Origin: Felis catus
Lineage: Eukaryota
Assembly: GCF_018350175.1 (NCBI RefSeq)
Contig: NC_058383.1
Coordinates: 17,052,001 to 17,116,000 of the forward strand
DNA: 64,000 bases
Direction of reading: 5' to 3'
How positions within the stretch are numbered: position 1 is the first letter of the stretch; each line of letters opens with the position of its first letter. The notes beneath the pieces were generated by a model. It searched no databases. It was given only the letters and a program-made list of their open reading frames with translations, and was not told the DNA's origin. The position numbers were made by a program, and so were the translations under genes. Shown one piece after another: positions 62,975-64,000 of this stretch.

Positions 62975-63145
62975 CAATTTTTATAAATAAATTTTTATTG
63001 GAAAACAGCTATGCTCATTCATATACATACTTTCATTGTCAATGGCTACTTTCATTCTACAATAGCAGAGGTGAATAGATGTGACAGACACTGTGTGACC
63101 CACAAAGCTGAAATATTTATCATCTAGTCCTTCATAGAAAAAGTG
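62975..63145 (+). mobile_element. MER58-like hAT DNA transposon fragment
   Basis: taaatttttattggaaaacagc...atggctactttcat...cccacaaagctgaaatattta..ttcatagaaaaagt. Confidence 0.6.
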
Positions 63146-63150
63146 AAATC

Positions 63151-64000
63151 AGTAACCAAATGGTTAACAAGACTAATATGTGCAACTACAACTTTTTACC
63201 CAAACTTGCTTGTTCTCAGAATGTGGCCTACCACCACACTTCTGTAGAAACAGTCTTGCCTAAAACCATGATAACAAAACACTTGATTTAGGTGTTTTGC
63301 AGAGACTCAGGCCTCATCAAGAAACTGGCCAGAACTGATCAGGACCACTGACTGCCTCTTTGACCATGCACAAATGCACAAGGGGTGAACTTTTGACATA
63401 GAAGGGCCTAAAACTCCACTCTTGAATCATGCTAAGAAAACCATCTTCTGGTAATACGTAACATGCATGACAGCTTATGCAAAAGCTTCTCACGGTGCAG
63501 ATAACAAAATGACTGCAATCCTCCCCTACTTATTAACTTCCTTTATCTGATTCTAAAGTCATATCACTCTTCTCCCCTATAACCAGACCTTGTTTTATTT
63601 GCCTTTAAATATCCCTGACCCTCCCTTTCCTTATGCAATGTCTCAATGATTGGCTTTACTGCACATTGAGGGTATGGACTTGGATTTGGTTACAAATTTG
63701 GCAAACCAGCCAGGAACTCTGCCTATGATTTGTCTACTCTCCAGCCAGTAAAAGTAACAGGAGGTTGGTGATAAGTCCAAGCAGTGTCCTAGGCTCTTTT
63801 GTTCTAGAGACCATCCCAGGGGCACCACCCCAACTTGGCACCACTGACTTTCTATGTTTAATTTAACTCTGTGGCAAGGAAACATCTTTTGGTTTGGACA
63901 GACATCTTTTCAAGAGTATTTTGGTATCATAGCATGTGAGCTTATTTCTTATTCTCATTCAGTTGCCTCAAAATAGGTAGGGGCATTTGGTTTGGTTCTC
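63151..64000 (+). mobile_element. LTR (to about 63694) plus tRNA-Arg-like PBS and ERV leader in gene 2 intron 20
   Basis: LTR ends ggttaca; then tggcaaaccagccaggaa (63699-63716), similar to TGGCGAGCCAGCCAGGAG. Confidence 0.6.

Noticed and set aside
1..64000. CRISPR array, operon or other prokaryotic system
   Set aside because: The sequence is spliced mammalian DNA, and no regularly spaced direct repeats were seen.

Overview
Mammalian genomic DNA, most likely a felid (young SINEC_Fc-type Can-SINEs, carnivore L1s), covering part of the beta2-integrin alpha-chain (CD11) cluster. Gene 1 (+ strand, 25 spliced exons from 518 to 21703, 5' end outside the window) has an ITGAD/CD11d-type I-domain and ectodomain but ends in an ITGAX/CD11c-type cytoplasmic tail. 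Gene 2 (- strand, 10 exons from 61787 to 56080, 5' end outside the window) is ITGAX-like through its calf exons and then shares its last four exons with gene 1. The two genes converge tail-to-tail. Their 3' ends (last four exons, introns, 3'UTR, about 3 kb of downstream flank and an ERV LTR) form a large inverted repeat, ~14712-25126 versus ~52941-58681, with patchy identity and copy-specific L1/SINE insertions. The ~28 kb spacer consists almost entirely of L1, SINE and ERV remnants. Both reading frames are open across all exons I could splice. Exon numbers follow the 30-exon ITGAM/X/D architecture. Human reference motifs are quoted from memory, and identity values are manual estimates.
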